Part shown: piece by piece, positions 1-9,062 of the stretch
Position numbering within the stretch: position 1 is the stretch's first letter
Layout: each line of letters opens with the position of its first letter
From: a virus
Taxonomy: Duplodnaviria; Caudoviricetes
Virus record (IMG/VR): IMGVR_UViG_3300025809_001850
Length of the DNA stretch: 64,000 bases
Reading direction: 5' to 3' (one strand)
Position numbers and translations under genes: made by a program
Notes under the pieces: model-generated
Told to the model about the DNA's origin: nothing
The model's input: the letters and a program-made list of their open reading frames with translations, nothing else
Database searches by the model: none

Positions 1-1
1 T

Positions 2-439
2 GTAGAGTATAAACGAATAAACGGAAAACTTTCAAAGTTGTCCACAAAAAAGCATTTTTTATATTACTACATGGAATACATATGTCATGTATATGGTATG
101 TTCAGCTCAAACGAATCAGTTTTGTTTGCAAATGATAGTTTTTGTAAATCCCATGAGCAACTTGCTGATTTTTCGGAAAAGTTGAAACATATAAGCAACG
201 GAAATATCCTTAATTTAGATGATTCTAACTTCATGTTCGTACACGAAGAGCAGAACATAAAACAAGGTGGAACTAGCAAAAAATTCTCTCCACAGGGATG
301 CTTTTTCGTAAACACGGACTTGATTCTTAAAAAGAAATTTGATTTTTATTACAACCTATATACAAAGTTTGGGAACATGACAAACGAGCAAATTGGAGAG
401 TATACATCAAAAATTCGTTCTATTTTTCTTGACAATTAA
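2..439 (+). CDS. Hypothetical protein, 5'-truncated by the window edge
   Basis: Frame is open from position 2 (VEYKRINGKLSKLSTKKH...) through the track ORF 38..439; no recognised motif. Confidence 0.6.
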   Translation, partial: VEYKRINGKLSKLSTKKHFLYYYMEYICHVYGMFSSNESVLFANDSFCKSHEQLADFSEKLKHISNGNILNLDDSNFMFVHEEQNIKQGGTSKKFSPQGCFFVNTDLILKKKFDFYYNLYTKFGNMTNEQIGEYTSKIRSIFLDN

Positions 440-457
440 AAAAACGTTTAGTAGTAT
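429..457 (+). promoter_or_regulatory. sigma70-type early promoter
   Basis: TTGACA 429-434, 17-nt spacer, TAGTAT 452-457; in-frame GTG at 465. Confidence 0.75.
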
Positions 458-464
458 AGGTTCT

Positions 465-1133
465 GTGAAAAATTATACAGAAACTGAATTAGAACAAAAC
501 TACACGGCATTCCTTAAGTTTATTGAAGATACATTTACAGGAGACCGACAGGAAAAGTTGCTATATATGTACGGTACCGATGACAATTGCTTTGGTTTAC
601 GGGCATTAACTGCTCCTGCAAGTGGAACAATACATTATCACAACGCATATGACGGAGGTTATATTGACCATGTAATGAATGTGTGTCGTGCAGCTAGAGG
701 ACAAAAAGTTCTACTACAGAGTTTGGGAGCAAGAATTGATTTTACAGATGACGAACTAATGTTTTCGGCACTTAACCATGATTTGGGTAAGTTAGGTTCA
801 CTTGACGGTGAGCAATACCAACCGAATGATAGTGATTGGCACATCAAAAATCAGGGTAAGTTATATAAAATGAACACAGACATCCAATGGATGAGTGTAA
901 CAGATCGTTCAGTATTTATATTACAACACTTTGATATCAAGTATACCGAAAAGGAGTTTCTCGCAATAAAATTATCAGACGGAATGTACGATGATTCTAA
1001 CATTCAGTATCTAAAATCCTTTAATCCAGATAACGGACTTAGAACTGAACTTCCACGGGTGCTTCATTGGGCAGATCATATGTCATGTGTATTAGAGAAA
1101 TCACTAACAGACGAAAATTTTAAATTTGAATAG
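465..1133 (+). CDS. HD-domain metal-dependent phosphohydrolase (YhaM-like)
   Basis: Motifs APAS..YHNAYDGGYIDHV, ALNHDLGK, LHWADH. Track start is 393; GTG 465 is preferred because it follows the promoter. Confidence 0.8.
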   Translation: MKNYTETELEQNYTAFLKFIEDTFTGDRQEKLLYMYGTDDNCFGLRALTAPASGTIHYHNAYDGGYIDHVMNVCRAARGQKVLLQSLGARIDFTDDELMFSALNHDLGKLGSLDGEQYQPNDSDWHIKNQGKLYKMNTDIQWMSVTDRSVFILQHFDIKYTEKEFLAIKLSDGMYDDSNIQYLKSFNPDNGLRTELPRVLHWADHMSCVLEKSLTDENFKFE

Positions 1134-1139
1134 TGATAT

Positions 1140-1171
1140 TTGACAAATTTAACATTTTATAGTATATTTAT
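1140..1171 (+). promoter_or_regulatory. sigma70-type promoter overlapped by ATATTTAT late-type motif (hsp20)
   Basis: TTGACA 1140-1145, 17 nt, TATATT 1163-1168; ATATTTAT 1164-1171. Confidence 0.75.
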
Positions 1172-1177
1172 ACCATA

Positions 1178-1227
1178 AGACAATGCTCAACTGAGATTGT
1201 CTAACGAATGCCCACATCGGGATTTGT
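1178..1227 (+). promoter_or_regulatory. Two tandem bulged-G hairpins in hsp20 5' leader
   Basis: AGACAAT-G-CTC-aact-GAG-ATTGTCT and ACGAAT-G-CCC-acatc-GGG-ATTTGT. Confidence 0.6.
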
Positions 1228-1248
1228 AACTAAAATAGGAAACATAAA

Positions 1249-1746
1249 ATGAAAAACTACGGATTACACAAGTCCAACGGAACAGGACTTAATAAACACG
1301 TTCCAACACTAAGAGACGAATTTTTGATACCATTCGACTCGTTGTTTGATAAAGTTGTAGGTCAGGCCTTCCCAAACTTTGGACAAGAGTTTGGAGTAAA
1401 TTTCTTCGGAAATAGTTCATACCCAAGAGTAAATGTCGCGGATCATAAAAAAGAAATTCGCATAGAAGCTGAAATTGCAGGTCTTGCTAAAGATGATGTG
1501 TCGGTTGAGTATGAAGATGGTCTTCTTACCATTGCGGGAGACAAAAAATCAGAAATACTAGATCCAGATGTAACATATGTGTATAAAGAACTTAAACGAT
1601 CTTCGTTCAAACGTTCGTTTAAAGTAGATGAAACCACATTACAGGTAAACAACATATCAGCCAAGTTTGACAACGGAATACTGAATGTTATTATTCCCAA
1701 AAAGGAAGTAGTTGAAACTAAATCAAAGAAAGTCAAAATTCTTTAA
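1249..1746 (+). CDS. hsp20: Small heat-shock protein (Hsp20/alpha-crystallin)
   Basis: YPRVNV, EAEIAGLAKDDVSVEYEDGLLTIAG, RSSFKRSF, SAKFDNGILNVIIPK; AGGA SD upstream. Confidence 0.95.
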   Translation: MKNYGLHKSNGTGLNKHVPTLRDEFLIPFDSLFDKVVGQAFPNFGQEFGVNFFGNSSYPRVNVADHKKEIRIEAEIAGLAKDDVSVEYEDGLLTIAGDKKSEILDPDVTYVYKELKRSSFKRSFKVDETTLQVNNISAKFDNGILNVIIPKKEVVETKSKKVKIL

Positions 1747-1774
1747 TATTTGGTTTAAACTATTGTATTAATTT

Positions 1775-1804
1775 AAGGGGGTAATTTTTTTACCCTCTTT
1801 TTTT
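1775..1804 (+). terminator. Rho-independent terminator after hsp20
   Basis: AAGGGGGTAA/TTACCCTCTT stem (one G-U) followed by a T run. Confidence 0.8.
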
Positions 1805-1871
1805 ATAATTATATTATATTTATAGTCATTGAAGACATCACATAAAATGGAACTTGGGGATATATATTAAT

Positions 1872-2966
1872 ATGAAGGTATTTACTGCAATCATAGGAGG
1901 ACTTGCACTGGCAGTAGCAGGAACTGCAGCTTTCTTTTCGGTACGAGGTATTGGTTTATTGTTTGCAGGAGCAGCCATTGCCGTTATGATAATGGCGGGT
2001 GTTCTTGAGGCAGGTAAACTTGCTATGACTTCTTTTTTATATCGTTATTGGGAACGAATTCCGAGATTGTTAAAATGGTACTGCACGATTGCAGTTGTGG
2101 TTTTAATTGGAATAACGTCACTTGGTATTTATGGATTTTTGAGTGATGCATACGATGACACTCGTTCAAGGGTGGAAATGCACGAAAGCAACATTGAAAC
2201 TTTAAACAAAGAAATTGTTGTTATTGAAACTGAGATTAAAACCTTAAAGAACACAGATATCACAGTCGAGGGTAAGAAAACAGAAACAATCGCAGGTTTT
2301 CAAAAAATCTACGATGATTATGTTAGTGATAGAAGAAACAGACAAGAAGCTTTATCTTCACGGAACAAAGGTGATGCAGAAGTAAGAGCTAATCGTAGAC
2401 AACAATTACTTGATCGTCTTTCAACATTAGACTCTTCAAAAACTGCAATAGAGTCTAAGGGTGGTGGGTTATTTTCAAGTAACAAAAAGAAAATAGAAGA
2501 ATTAAAAGTTGCTCAACAACCAGAACGAGATTCCATTGCGTCTTCACTATCATCAATTTCAGAAGAAGAAAGTTCCGCAACAAAATCATACAATTCTGCA
2601 CTTACAAAGATAGATGACGAGATTGCAACAGAATACGATAAATTTGTGGAAAAGGTAAATGGACTTCGTGATACAACAAATGATTTAGATAATGTATCTG
2701 TTATTGAAGACAAATATACCAAGATAAAATCAAATCAAGCAGATATACTTGTAGAAAAAGAAGGAATTCGTGCAACGGATATAGGAAGTTTTCGTTTTAT
2801 TGCAGAATCATTTAATATGCCAGTTGATCAAGTTGTTAAGTGGTTTATTATTGTGATCGTTTTAGTATTCGACCCGGTGGCAGTTGCACTTGTGTTAGCA
2901 TATAACATTATGGTAGGTGGAAAAATGACTCTGGGAGAAGAGTTACCGAAAAAAAAAATTGGATAG
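1872..2966 (+). CDS. Membrane protein: N-terminal TM helices, long coiled coil, C-terminal TM; unknown function
   Basis: Hydrophobic N-terminus ([29 protein letters not shown]), heptad-rich middle, [23 protein letters not shown] 1872 preferred to TTG 1854. Ends 6 nt after an A10 run. Confidence 0.8.
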   Translation: MKVFTAIIGGLALAVAGTAAFFSVRGIGLLFAGAAIAVMIMAGVLEAGKLAMTSFLYRYWERIPRLLKWYCTIAVVVLIGITSLGIYGFLSDAYDDTRSRVEMHESNIETLNKEIVVIETEIKTLKNTDITVEGKKTETIAGFQKIYDDYVSDRRNRQEALSSRNKGDAEVRANRRQQLLDRLSTLDSSKTAIESKGGGLFSSNKKKIEELKVAQQPERDSIASSLSSISEEESSATKSYNSALTKIDDEIATEYDKFVEKVNGLRDTTNDLDNVSVIEDKYTKIKSNQADILVEKEGIRATDIGSFRFIAESFNMPVDQVVKWFIIVIVLVFDPVAVALVLAYNIMVGGKMTLGEELPKKKIG

Positions 2967-3562
2967 ATAAGTTACCATTCACCGACAAGTTACAAACAGA
3001 CGGTGACTTTGACGAAGAACAGGATGTTATATCAGAAACCCCAACTCCGTCTCCAACTCCAACTGAGACTCCGACTCCCGAGGAAACTCCCACACCAACT
3101 CCGTCACCAACTCCGTCACCAACTCCGTCTCCAACGGAGACTCCGACTCCTGAGGAAACTCCCACACCAACTCCCACACCAACTCCGTCACCAACTCCGT
3201 CTCCAACGGAGACTCCGACTCCTGAGGAAACTCCCACACCAACTCCGTCTCCAACGGAGACTCCGACTCCTGAGGAAACTCCCACACCAACTCCGTCACC
3301 AACTCCGTCTCCAACGGAGACTCCGACTCCGTCTCACATTCCAAGTTTGAAACCAACATCCCAAGAAGATGAAAATGTTATGTCAACACCGATGTATAAC
3401 ACAGATGACCCAAATATAGCAGGACCTTACTATGTTCCGTGGAAAAAAACATCAATGGAGGCACATGACAAATATTTTGCAAAGAAGATATATAGAAAAA
3501 ATTCAGGTGAATATATACCTGATAGCACTCTCGGAAATGTACCTACTAATAATGACGAATAA
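2957..3562 (+). CDS. -1-frame continuation of the membrane protein (NWIDKLPF..., Pro/Thr/Glu tract, C-terminal tail)
   Basis: Stop-free frame from the A10 run (2949-2958) to TAA 3560-3562; includes track ORF 3347..3562; no start codon before 3347. Confidence 0.7.
   Translation, partial: NWIDKLPFTDKLQTDGDFDEEQDVISETPTPSPTPTETPTPEETPTPTPSPTPSPTPSPTETPTPEETPTPTPTPTPSPTPSPTETPTPEETPTPTPSPTETPTPEETPTPTPSPTPSPTETPTPSHIPSLKPTSQEDENVMSTPMYNTDDPNIAGPYYVPWKKTSMEAHDKYFAKKIYRKNSGEYIPDSTLGNVPTNNDE
3035..3334 (+). repeat. Coding tandem repeat encoding ([16 protein letters not shown])n
   Basis: 48-nt unit ccaactccgtctccaacggagactccgactcctgaggaaactcccaca plus 12-nt ccaactccgtca subunits. Confidence 0.95.
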
Positions 3563-3577
3563 AATATATATATACTT

Positions 3578-3622
3578 ATATTTATTAAACACTTGACTTT
3601 TCCCACTATATTCCTATAAACT
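3578..3622 (+). promoter_or_regulatory. ATATTTAT motif followed by sigma70-type promoter
   Basis: ATATTTAT 3578-3585; TTGACT 3593-3598 with TATAAA 3615-3620 or TAAACT 3617-3622; ATG at 3628. Confidence 0.6.
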
Positions 3623-3627
3623 TCATT

Positions 3628-3891
3628 ATGTACATTAACATATATTTAGTTTTTTCTGCCATACTTCTGTTCATTATATTAATTTATATAATAGTAAATT
3701 TGTATAAAAAAAATTCAACATACGAAAATTGGGTATACGAATTAAACGAATCGTTGTCCGACGTTTTACGCAATTGGAATACAATTGACTCCAAGCAGAT
3801 GTTTGAAAAAGATGACGAAGTTGGTGTAGTGTATGAAGGAATTGATGATATCATGAAAGACATAGAAACAAGGACAACCAAAAATGGCTAA
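3628..3891 (+). CDS. Small single-TM membrane protein
   Basis: N-terminal hydrophobic helix YLVFSAILLFIILIYIIV; overlaps next start (ATGGCTAA). Confidence 0.75.
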   Translation: MYINIYLVFSAILLFIILIYIIVNLYKKNSTYENWVYELNESLSDVLRNWNTIDSKQMFEKDDEVGVVYEGIDDIMKDIETRTTKNG

Positions 3892-4660
3892 CAAACAGAA
3901 ACAAACAGAAACCAAACCAGCAGAGGTTACGGAAGTTAAACGGGTAATAAAACGCAGACGCAGAAAAAAAGGCAAAGGTAAGCAATACTTCACACAAGAA
4001 ACTGAAGATGCAATTGTAGAATACAATGGTTCTGAAGATGTAAAGATTAGAAATGATATATACAACGAACGAATACGATACGCATTTGATAAACTAGCCG
4101 AAAACATTTTAAACACATTTAAATTTTCTTATTTTCAGTGTAGTCACGAAGAAGTACAACAAGAGGTTGTCAGCAACTTGGTTGGCAACATACACAAATA
4201 CAAACAACAAAACGGAAAGGCCTTTTCATACTTTTCAATTATAGCAAAAAATTTCCTAATTTTATACAACAACGGAAACTATAAAAAATTCAAAAGACAC
4301 ATGAGTGTGGACGATGATGAAATTGTATATGAACGAAAAGAATTAACAGTAAATCCAAAAAATGAAGTCAAACTGAAAGAGATAAATGAATTCATCAGAT
4401 TAATGATAGAGTATTATGACACAAATCTGGAAAATATGTTTAAGAAACCACAAGAGTTAAAAATAGCAGCTGCAGTTGTAGAAATATTTAGACGATGTGA
4501 TTCAATTGAAAACTTCAATAAAAAGGCAATATATTTGTATATTCGTGAAATGACAGATTGTAAAACTCAAAACATTACAAAGGTTGTAAATAAAATGCGT
4601 GATGTGCAAAAGACTATAACAAAGTCTTATTTTAAAAACGGATACATTGATAAGAACTGA
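3884..4660 (+). CDS. Phage RNA polymerase sigma factor, T4 gp55-like (late transcription)
   Basis: Sigma region-2-like KLAENILNTFKFSYF...NGKAFSYFSIIAKN, resembling gp55-family xxFxYF. Confidence 0.7.
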   Translation: MANKQKQTETKPAEVTEVKRVIKRRRRKKGKGKQYFTQETEDAIVEYNGSEDVKIRNDIYNERIRYAFDKLAENILNTFKFSYFQCSHEEVQQEVVSNLVGNIHKYKQQNGKAFSYFSIIAKNFLILYNNGNYKKFKRHMSVDDDEIVYERKELTVNPKNEVKLKEINEFIRLMIEYYDTNLENMFKKPQELKIAAAVVEIFRRCDSIENFNKKAIYLYIREMTDCKTQNITKVVNKMRDVQKTITKSYFKNGYIDKN

Positions 4661-4684
4661 AGATTCTAAAAAATATATACATCC

Positions 4685-4692
4685 ATATTTAT
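4685..4692 (+). promoter_or_regulatory. Putative late promoter ATATTTAT
   Basis: Intergenic copy 7 nt before ATG 4700. Confidence 0.7.
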
Positions 4693-4699
4693 ATTTACT

Positions 4700-5119
4700 A
4701 TGGATTCAGATACAGAAATTTTTAAAGGAAAAACATTTTCCTCTTTGGTAAAGGACATTTATTTCAACTCTAGTCACAAAAAGGAGCAAATAAATCAACT
4801 TATAAAAGACCTAAGAGAAATGGTCAAAGACCTCGGGTCGGCAACAGTTATAGCTCCTATGATAAAAGACTATATTGATGTGGGTATAAAAAACGATGAT
4901 CAACTCGTTAAATTATCCGCGGTTCTACAAAGATTTATAGCTGGAACTTCGGGAGGAGGAGATGACGGAGCAACTGGTGGAGGGCTGTCCGATGCAGAAA
5001 AAGAACAACTACTTTCTACTGTTAAAAAAGAACTAGATGATCTTGAAAAGACCAACTCTGTTGTGGAAAAAACACTCGATAACGCAGACGTACCAAACGA
5101 AGAAAAACTAATTGGATAA
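4700..5119 (+). CDS. Helical hypothetical phage protein
   Basis: Clean ORF after late motif; amphipathic helices. Confidence 0.7.
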   Translation: MDSDTEIFKGKTFSSLVKDIYFNSSHKKEQINQLIKDLREMVKDLGSATVIAPMIKDYIDVGIKNDDQLVKLSAVLQRFIAGTSGGGDDGATGGGLSDAEKEQLLSTVKKELDDLEKTNSVVEKTLDNADVPNEEKLIG

Positions 5120-5128
5120 TAACGATTT

Positions 5129-8100
5129 ATGGCTTATACCAAGTACATAAAAAAATCAGTAACAAAGGAGTTGAATACCAATCATCTGGTAACTCACAGA
5201 CATCTGGTGAGTGGAACTCCTGATAATACTGAGTTTTATGAAATGGAACCTGGAGTGGTTGTGGATGTAATACGAGATGAAAACCATCCCATATTTTCTG
5301 ACGAAGAGTTAAAACCGGAGATTTCTCCTGATGAGTGGCCTGCCGGATTTAATTCCGATGGGCAGGTAGATTATTCATGGATAGGTAGAGTTAAAGTGCG
5401 TTTGTTGTATAGTCAAAACAAAGCACCATTAAACGAACTATCGTGGGCGTTACCTGTGGATGGAACAATAAAAGAATATCCACTATTAAATGAAACTATA
5501 ATTGTCACCAAATATGTAAACAACTTATATTATACACGTAGATTAAATTCAAGAAACTTTTTAAACAACTCAGCTGACTTTAGAACAGAACCAAGATTCG
5601 GTGCAAATAATCGTCTAAATTCTAAAAATTGTCCCAACTTAAAAGGTGCATTGAATTCATCTAATATCAGTAAAGCATCAAATCAATATGGTCAATATCT
5701 TGGCAAGTACTTTAAAGCAAATAACCGAGTTAGACCACTTAAAAACTTTGAAGGGGATACCATTATAGAAAGTCGGTTCGGTTCTAGTATTAGATTTGGT
5801 TGTTATGAAGATAATCCTGAAATTGATGTAGGATCTGCTACTGGTAGTGGAGATGCGTATGATTCCAATTTAGGCAATCCGATGATTATCATTCGCAATA
5901 GGCAACACCCAAGAGGGGGTGACGAGGAAATTTATTCACATACTATGTTAGAAGATATCAATAAAGATGGTTCGTCTATTCACATAACCAGTGGTAAAAC
6001 AATAAGTAAATTTGCTCCTACTTTGTCCGGTCCTTCTGATGACAGTGGTGGAGCAAAACCAAAGGGATTTGGGGGTCTTTCAAAATTAGCAAACTCTTCG
6101 GTTGGTACGGGTATAGATCCTGCCAACATGGTTGCACAGACGGGGGCAATGACATCAGCAGCTGGAGCAGTGGGGCAATCGGGTCTCAATTTAGCAGAAA
6201 CTGCCGGAAATGCATATGTCGACCAACAACTTGCTGGTCCAATGGCAGCTGCTCAGACAGGAGCTAGTGTGGCACAGGGAGCATCTTCGGCATCCGGTAG
6301 TGGAGGGGGTGGAGGAGGAACATCCACCTCGGACAGAACAGGACCAACCGCAGCTGCACAAAAAGCATCGCAGGGAGACTGGTCCGGATCAATTGGTTCA
6401 AGTATGGGAACTGCGGTAGGACAGGAAAACGGTGCAAAAGTGGGTGGTCGTTTGGGAAACATGGGAATTGAAAATGCTTCCAAGTTGGTTAAGGTTGAGG
6501 GTGTGTCAACAGGTGGAGTGGGGGTAGCATCTGCAACAGCTTCAATTGGGGGAAGTGTAGGATCAACCGGAGTTTCCGGAGCCACAACTCATTCTATCGG
6601 AACATCTGCGGGTAAAAAAACCTTTATGAAGGGTGTGGGTCTTGGAAATTTCTCACTAAACTCCACATATGAAAGTGGAATTATAGGTGCAATAAAAACT
6701 GCAAACAAAGTAGGAAAATCTACCTTATTAAAAAAGACAAAGGCAGGACGAGCTTTATCCGCTGCATCTTCCCTCGGAATTGGAATTCCGGGTGCGGGTG
6801 GTCTAGGTATAAACTCAGGTGATAGTTCTATGTTCAAAATTTTCAAATTGGCATCATTTGGTGTTCGTTCCATATGTGCAGGTTTGAAAAATAAAAATGA
6901 TTTTGGATCAGACACAGAAGAATCCCTCGGGTGGTTACTTTCGTTTGGGATCAATCTGGAATTACTTGCTCTACTTATGGCAATTTTTGATAGATTGCGA
7001 AATCTAAAATTTAATTTCGGTTCTATGTTTTCATTTGATTTAGATAGTCTTACATTTGATTTATGTGATTGGATGAATCAAGTTGAGTTCGGTTCGTCAT
7101 TAACTGACACACTAAAAGGAGAAGCAGGAAAAATGCTTGGTGGGGGTTTGACAGGAAGTGGTTCTTCCGGAGCAGGATTGTTGGGAGGAGTCGGTGCAGG
7201 ATTATTAGGAGGACTAACAGGATCAGCTTCAAACAAAGATAAAACAAATGCCCTGGGGAAAGATTTATCTGCCAAAGGAACACTTGGTGCGTTCACAAGC
7301 AGGGATTCTGACTTTGGTCAACAATTTCAATTAATAACAGACGAAGAAAAGGAACAACTAAAGGCATCCGGTATGAACTTTGGGTCAATGGGGTTATCGT
7401 TAAAAAAAGGAAATAGTCAAGTAGCCACGATGGGATTTGATCCGTTAACTGGACTGCTTAGAAAGAAATCTCCCGGAGGAGCAAGTACATTTAGTGCATC
7501 CGTTGATCCAAGTGCAGCTAGTTCATCTAAAGTGGCCAGCAACTTGGGAGCAATAAGTTATATGTCTGGTGGAGGGGGAATACAATATGGATCGTCTGTT
7601 GATGCCATTAACGAACGAGATGCAACCAAAGAAATAAAAGACCCAACAGGAACTTCACCACAAACAACAACGGGTTCAACAGATACAGCCACAGGACCTT
7701 CAACAACAGGCCCGGATTCGTCAACTGAAGAATCTGTACCAGGATCACCAACTCCATCTTTTGGTGGACCCGAATCATCACCAAGTGGAACGTCACCATC
7801 AACCGGTGGAACAACTGGTTCTGTTTCATCTCAACCAACCCAAGGTGGTTCTCAACCATCTAGTTTAGCATCTGATCCATCTACACAATCTTCTCCAGTT
7901 GCACCAACAACAACAAGTCCATCTGCATCAAACGGAGTTCAGGCTGCCCCACCTATGCCAGATTCGGTCAATTCGTTTCACACAGGTGAGAAAATAACAG
8001 CTGCTGACTTAGCAGGAACACCACTCGCAGGTGCTGACTTAAATGCAGTTGCTTGTTTAGCACCCGCTGATCTTGCTATGTTAAAAGATACAAAAGCAGT

Positions 8101-8620
8101 TGCTGATTCTATTCAACAAGCAACTGATGCAGCTAATCAAGCATTTGATGCTAAACTGGAACAAGCAGAAACTGAGGCACTTGCAGAGGGTGGGGGTGAA
8201 CTTATATTTGGTGGCCAACTTCCAAAATTAGACGGAAATCAAATAATACTAAACTCAGACCGGGTTTTAATTTCTTCAAAAGTTGGAGAGATGGTCAGTT
8301 TCTCGAAAGGAAAATACGCAGTAGCTACGGACGGAGAGTTGACAATGAATGCAGTAAGTCGAATAGTAACCGTCACAGCTGAACACACTTCGTTGGTTTC
8401 CCCTACAATTCACCTTGGAGATTATGTTACAACCAGACATCCTGTACTAAAAGGAGACGCTGCGGTTTCTTGGTTGAATTCATTGTGTGGTTGGTTGGGT
8501 TCTCATACCCACCACGATCCATACATATCAACAAGCAGCTCAGCTCAACAAGGACAATTATCCGGATTAAAAGCAACTTTGCCTACATTATTAAGTACAC
8601 GGGTATTTATAGACGGATAA
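5129..8620 (+). CDS. Baseplate hub/central spike protein (gp5/gpV-like) with large Gly/Ser-rich insertion
   Basis: N-terminal OB-like region (IGRVKVRL..WALPVDGTIKEYPLLNE, GDTIIESRFGSSIRFG); C-terminal beta-helix (GNQIILNSDRVLISSK); terminal HTH metal-tip motif 8504-8512; precedes gp25 and gp6. Confidence 0.7.
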   Translation: MAYTKYIKKSVTKELNTNHLVTHRHLVSGTPDNTEFYEMEPGVVVDVIRDENHPIFSDEELKPEISPDEWPAGFNSDGQVDYSWIGRVKVRLLYSQNKAPLNELSWALPVDGTIKEYPLLNETIIVTKYVNNLYYTRRLNSRNFLNNSADFRTEPRFGANNRLNSKNCPNLKGALNSSNISKASNQYGQYLGKYFKANNRVRPLKNFEGDTIIESRFGSSIRFGCYEDNPEIDVGSATGSGDAYDSNLGNPMIIIRNRQHPRGGDEEIYSHTMLEDINKDGSSIHITSGKTISKFAPTLSGPSDDSGGAKPKGFGGLSKLANSSVGTGIDPANMVAQTGAMTSAAGAVGQSGLNLAETAGNAYVDQQLAGPMAAAQTGASVAQGASSASGSGGGGGGTSTSDRTGPTAAAQKASQGDWSGSIGSSMGTAVGQENGAKVGGRLGNMGIENASKLVKVEGVSTGGVGVASATASIGGSVGSTGVSGATTHSIGTSAGKKTFMKGVGLGNFSLNSTYESGIIGAIKTANKVGKSTLLKKTKAGRALSAASSLGIGIPGAGGLGINSGDSSMFKIFKLASFGVRSICAGLKNKNDFGSDTEESLGWLLSFGINLELLALLMAIFDRLRNLKFNFGSMFSFDLDSLTFDLCDWMNQVEFGSSLTDTLKGEAGKMLGGGLTGSGSSGAGLLGGVGAGLLGGLTGSASNKDKTNALGKDLSAKGTLGAFTSRDSDFGQQFQLITDEEKEQLKASGMNFGSMGLSLKKGNSQVATMGFDPLTGLLRKKSPGGASTFSASVDPSAASSSKVASNLGAISYMSGGGGIQYGSSVDAINERDATKEIKDPTGTSPQTTTGSTDTATGPSTTGPDSSTEESVPGSPTPSFGGPESSPSGTSPSTGGTTGSVSSQPTQGGSQPSSLASDPSTQSSPVAPTTTSPSASNGVQAAPPMPDSVNSFHTGEKITAADLAGTPLAGADLNAVACLAPADLAMLKDTKAVADSIQQATDAANQAFDAKLEQAETEALAEGGGELIFGGQLPKLDGNQIILNSDRVLISSKVGEMVSFSKGKYAVATDGELTMNAVSRIVTVTAEHTSLVSPTIHLGDYVTTRHPVLKGDAAVSWLNSLCGWLGSHTHHDPYISTSSSAQQGQLSGLKATLPTLLSTRVFIDG

Positions 8621-8633
8621 TATGTATATAGAT

Positions 8634-8641
8634 ATATTTAT
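8634..8641 (+). promoter_or_regulatory. Putative late promoter ATATTTAT
   Basis: 4 nt before in-frame ATG 8646. Confidence 0.65.
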
Positions 8642-8645
8642 AATT

Positions 8646-9062
8646 ATGAAAAAAGAACAACTAACTAATCTAATAAGAGAAGCGGTGAGAGCAGAATTGA
8701 AATCTTTTCTACCCAATGTGCTGAAAGAACTCAATACACTCACCAAACAACCCAAGAACAATGCTGATTTAGTTGAAGTTACAAGGAAATCACTGAAGAA
8801 AGTTCGTGCAGATAAACCAATTAAATCTAACACAAACTATAAAACATATTCTAAAAACTCTGCTATAAATGATATACTGAATGAAACAGTAGGTGGAATA
8901 CCACAAGAAGGGGGTGTGTCATCTGGAATAAATGAAGTTAAAGATTTTCAAGGTCAGGTCGTTGATGTTGACGCATTACCTGATCATGTTTCCAATGCAC
9001 TAACCCGGGATTATTCGGCAGTATTAAAAGCAGTTGATAAAAAACGAGGAAACATTAAATGA
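8646..9062 (+). CDS. Hypothetical virion protein with MKKxxLxxLIRE leader
   Basis: Track start 8622; ATG 8646 follows the late motif. Confidence 0.7.
   Translation: MKKEQLTNLIREAVRAELKSFLPNVLKELNTLTKQPKNNADLVEVTRKSLKKVRADKPIKSNTNYKTYSKNSAINDILNETVGGIPQEGGVSSGINEVKDFQGQVVDVDALPDHVSNALTRDYSAVLKAVDKKRGNIK

Noticed and set aside
1178-1227. CIRCE or ROSE element before hsp20
   Set aside because: No TTAGCACTC-N9-GAGTGCTAA and no U(U/C)GCU anti-SD; the hairpins do not cover the SD.
1847-1870. 7-codon uORF (MELGDIY) before the membrane gene
   Set aside because: Expected by chance in AT-rich DNA; no supporting signal.
2978-3006. TCACCG/CGGTGA stem as frameshift stimulator
   Set aside because: Only 6 bp with a large loop and about 20 nt from the slippery run, beyond the usual 5-9-nt spacing.
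3035-3334. Possible CRISPR array
   Set aside because: Units are contiguous multiples of 3 nt without unique spacers, and no cas genes are present.
2908-3359. Track ORFs 2908..3285(-), 3003..3350(+) and 3027..3359(-)
   Set aside because: Shadow frames of the stop-free PT tandem repeat.
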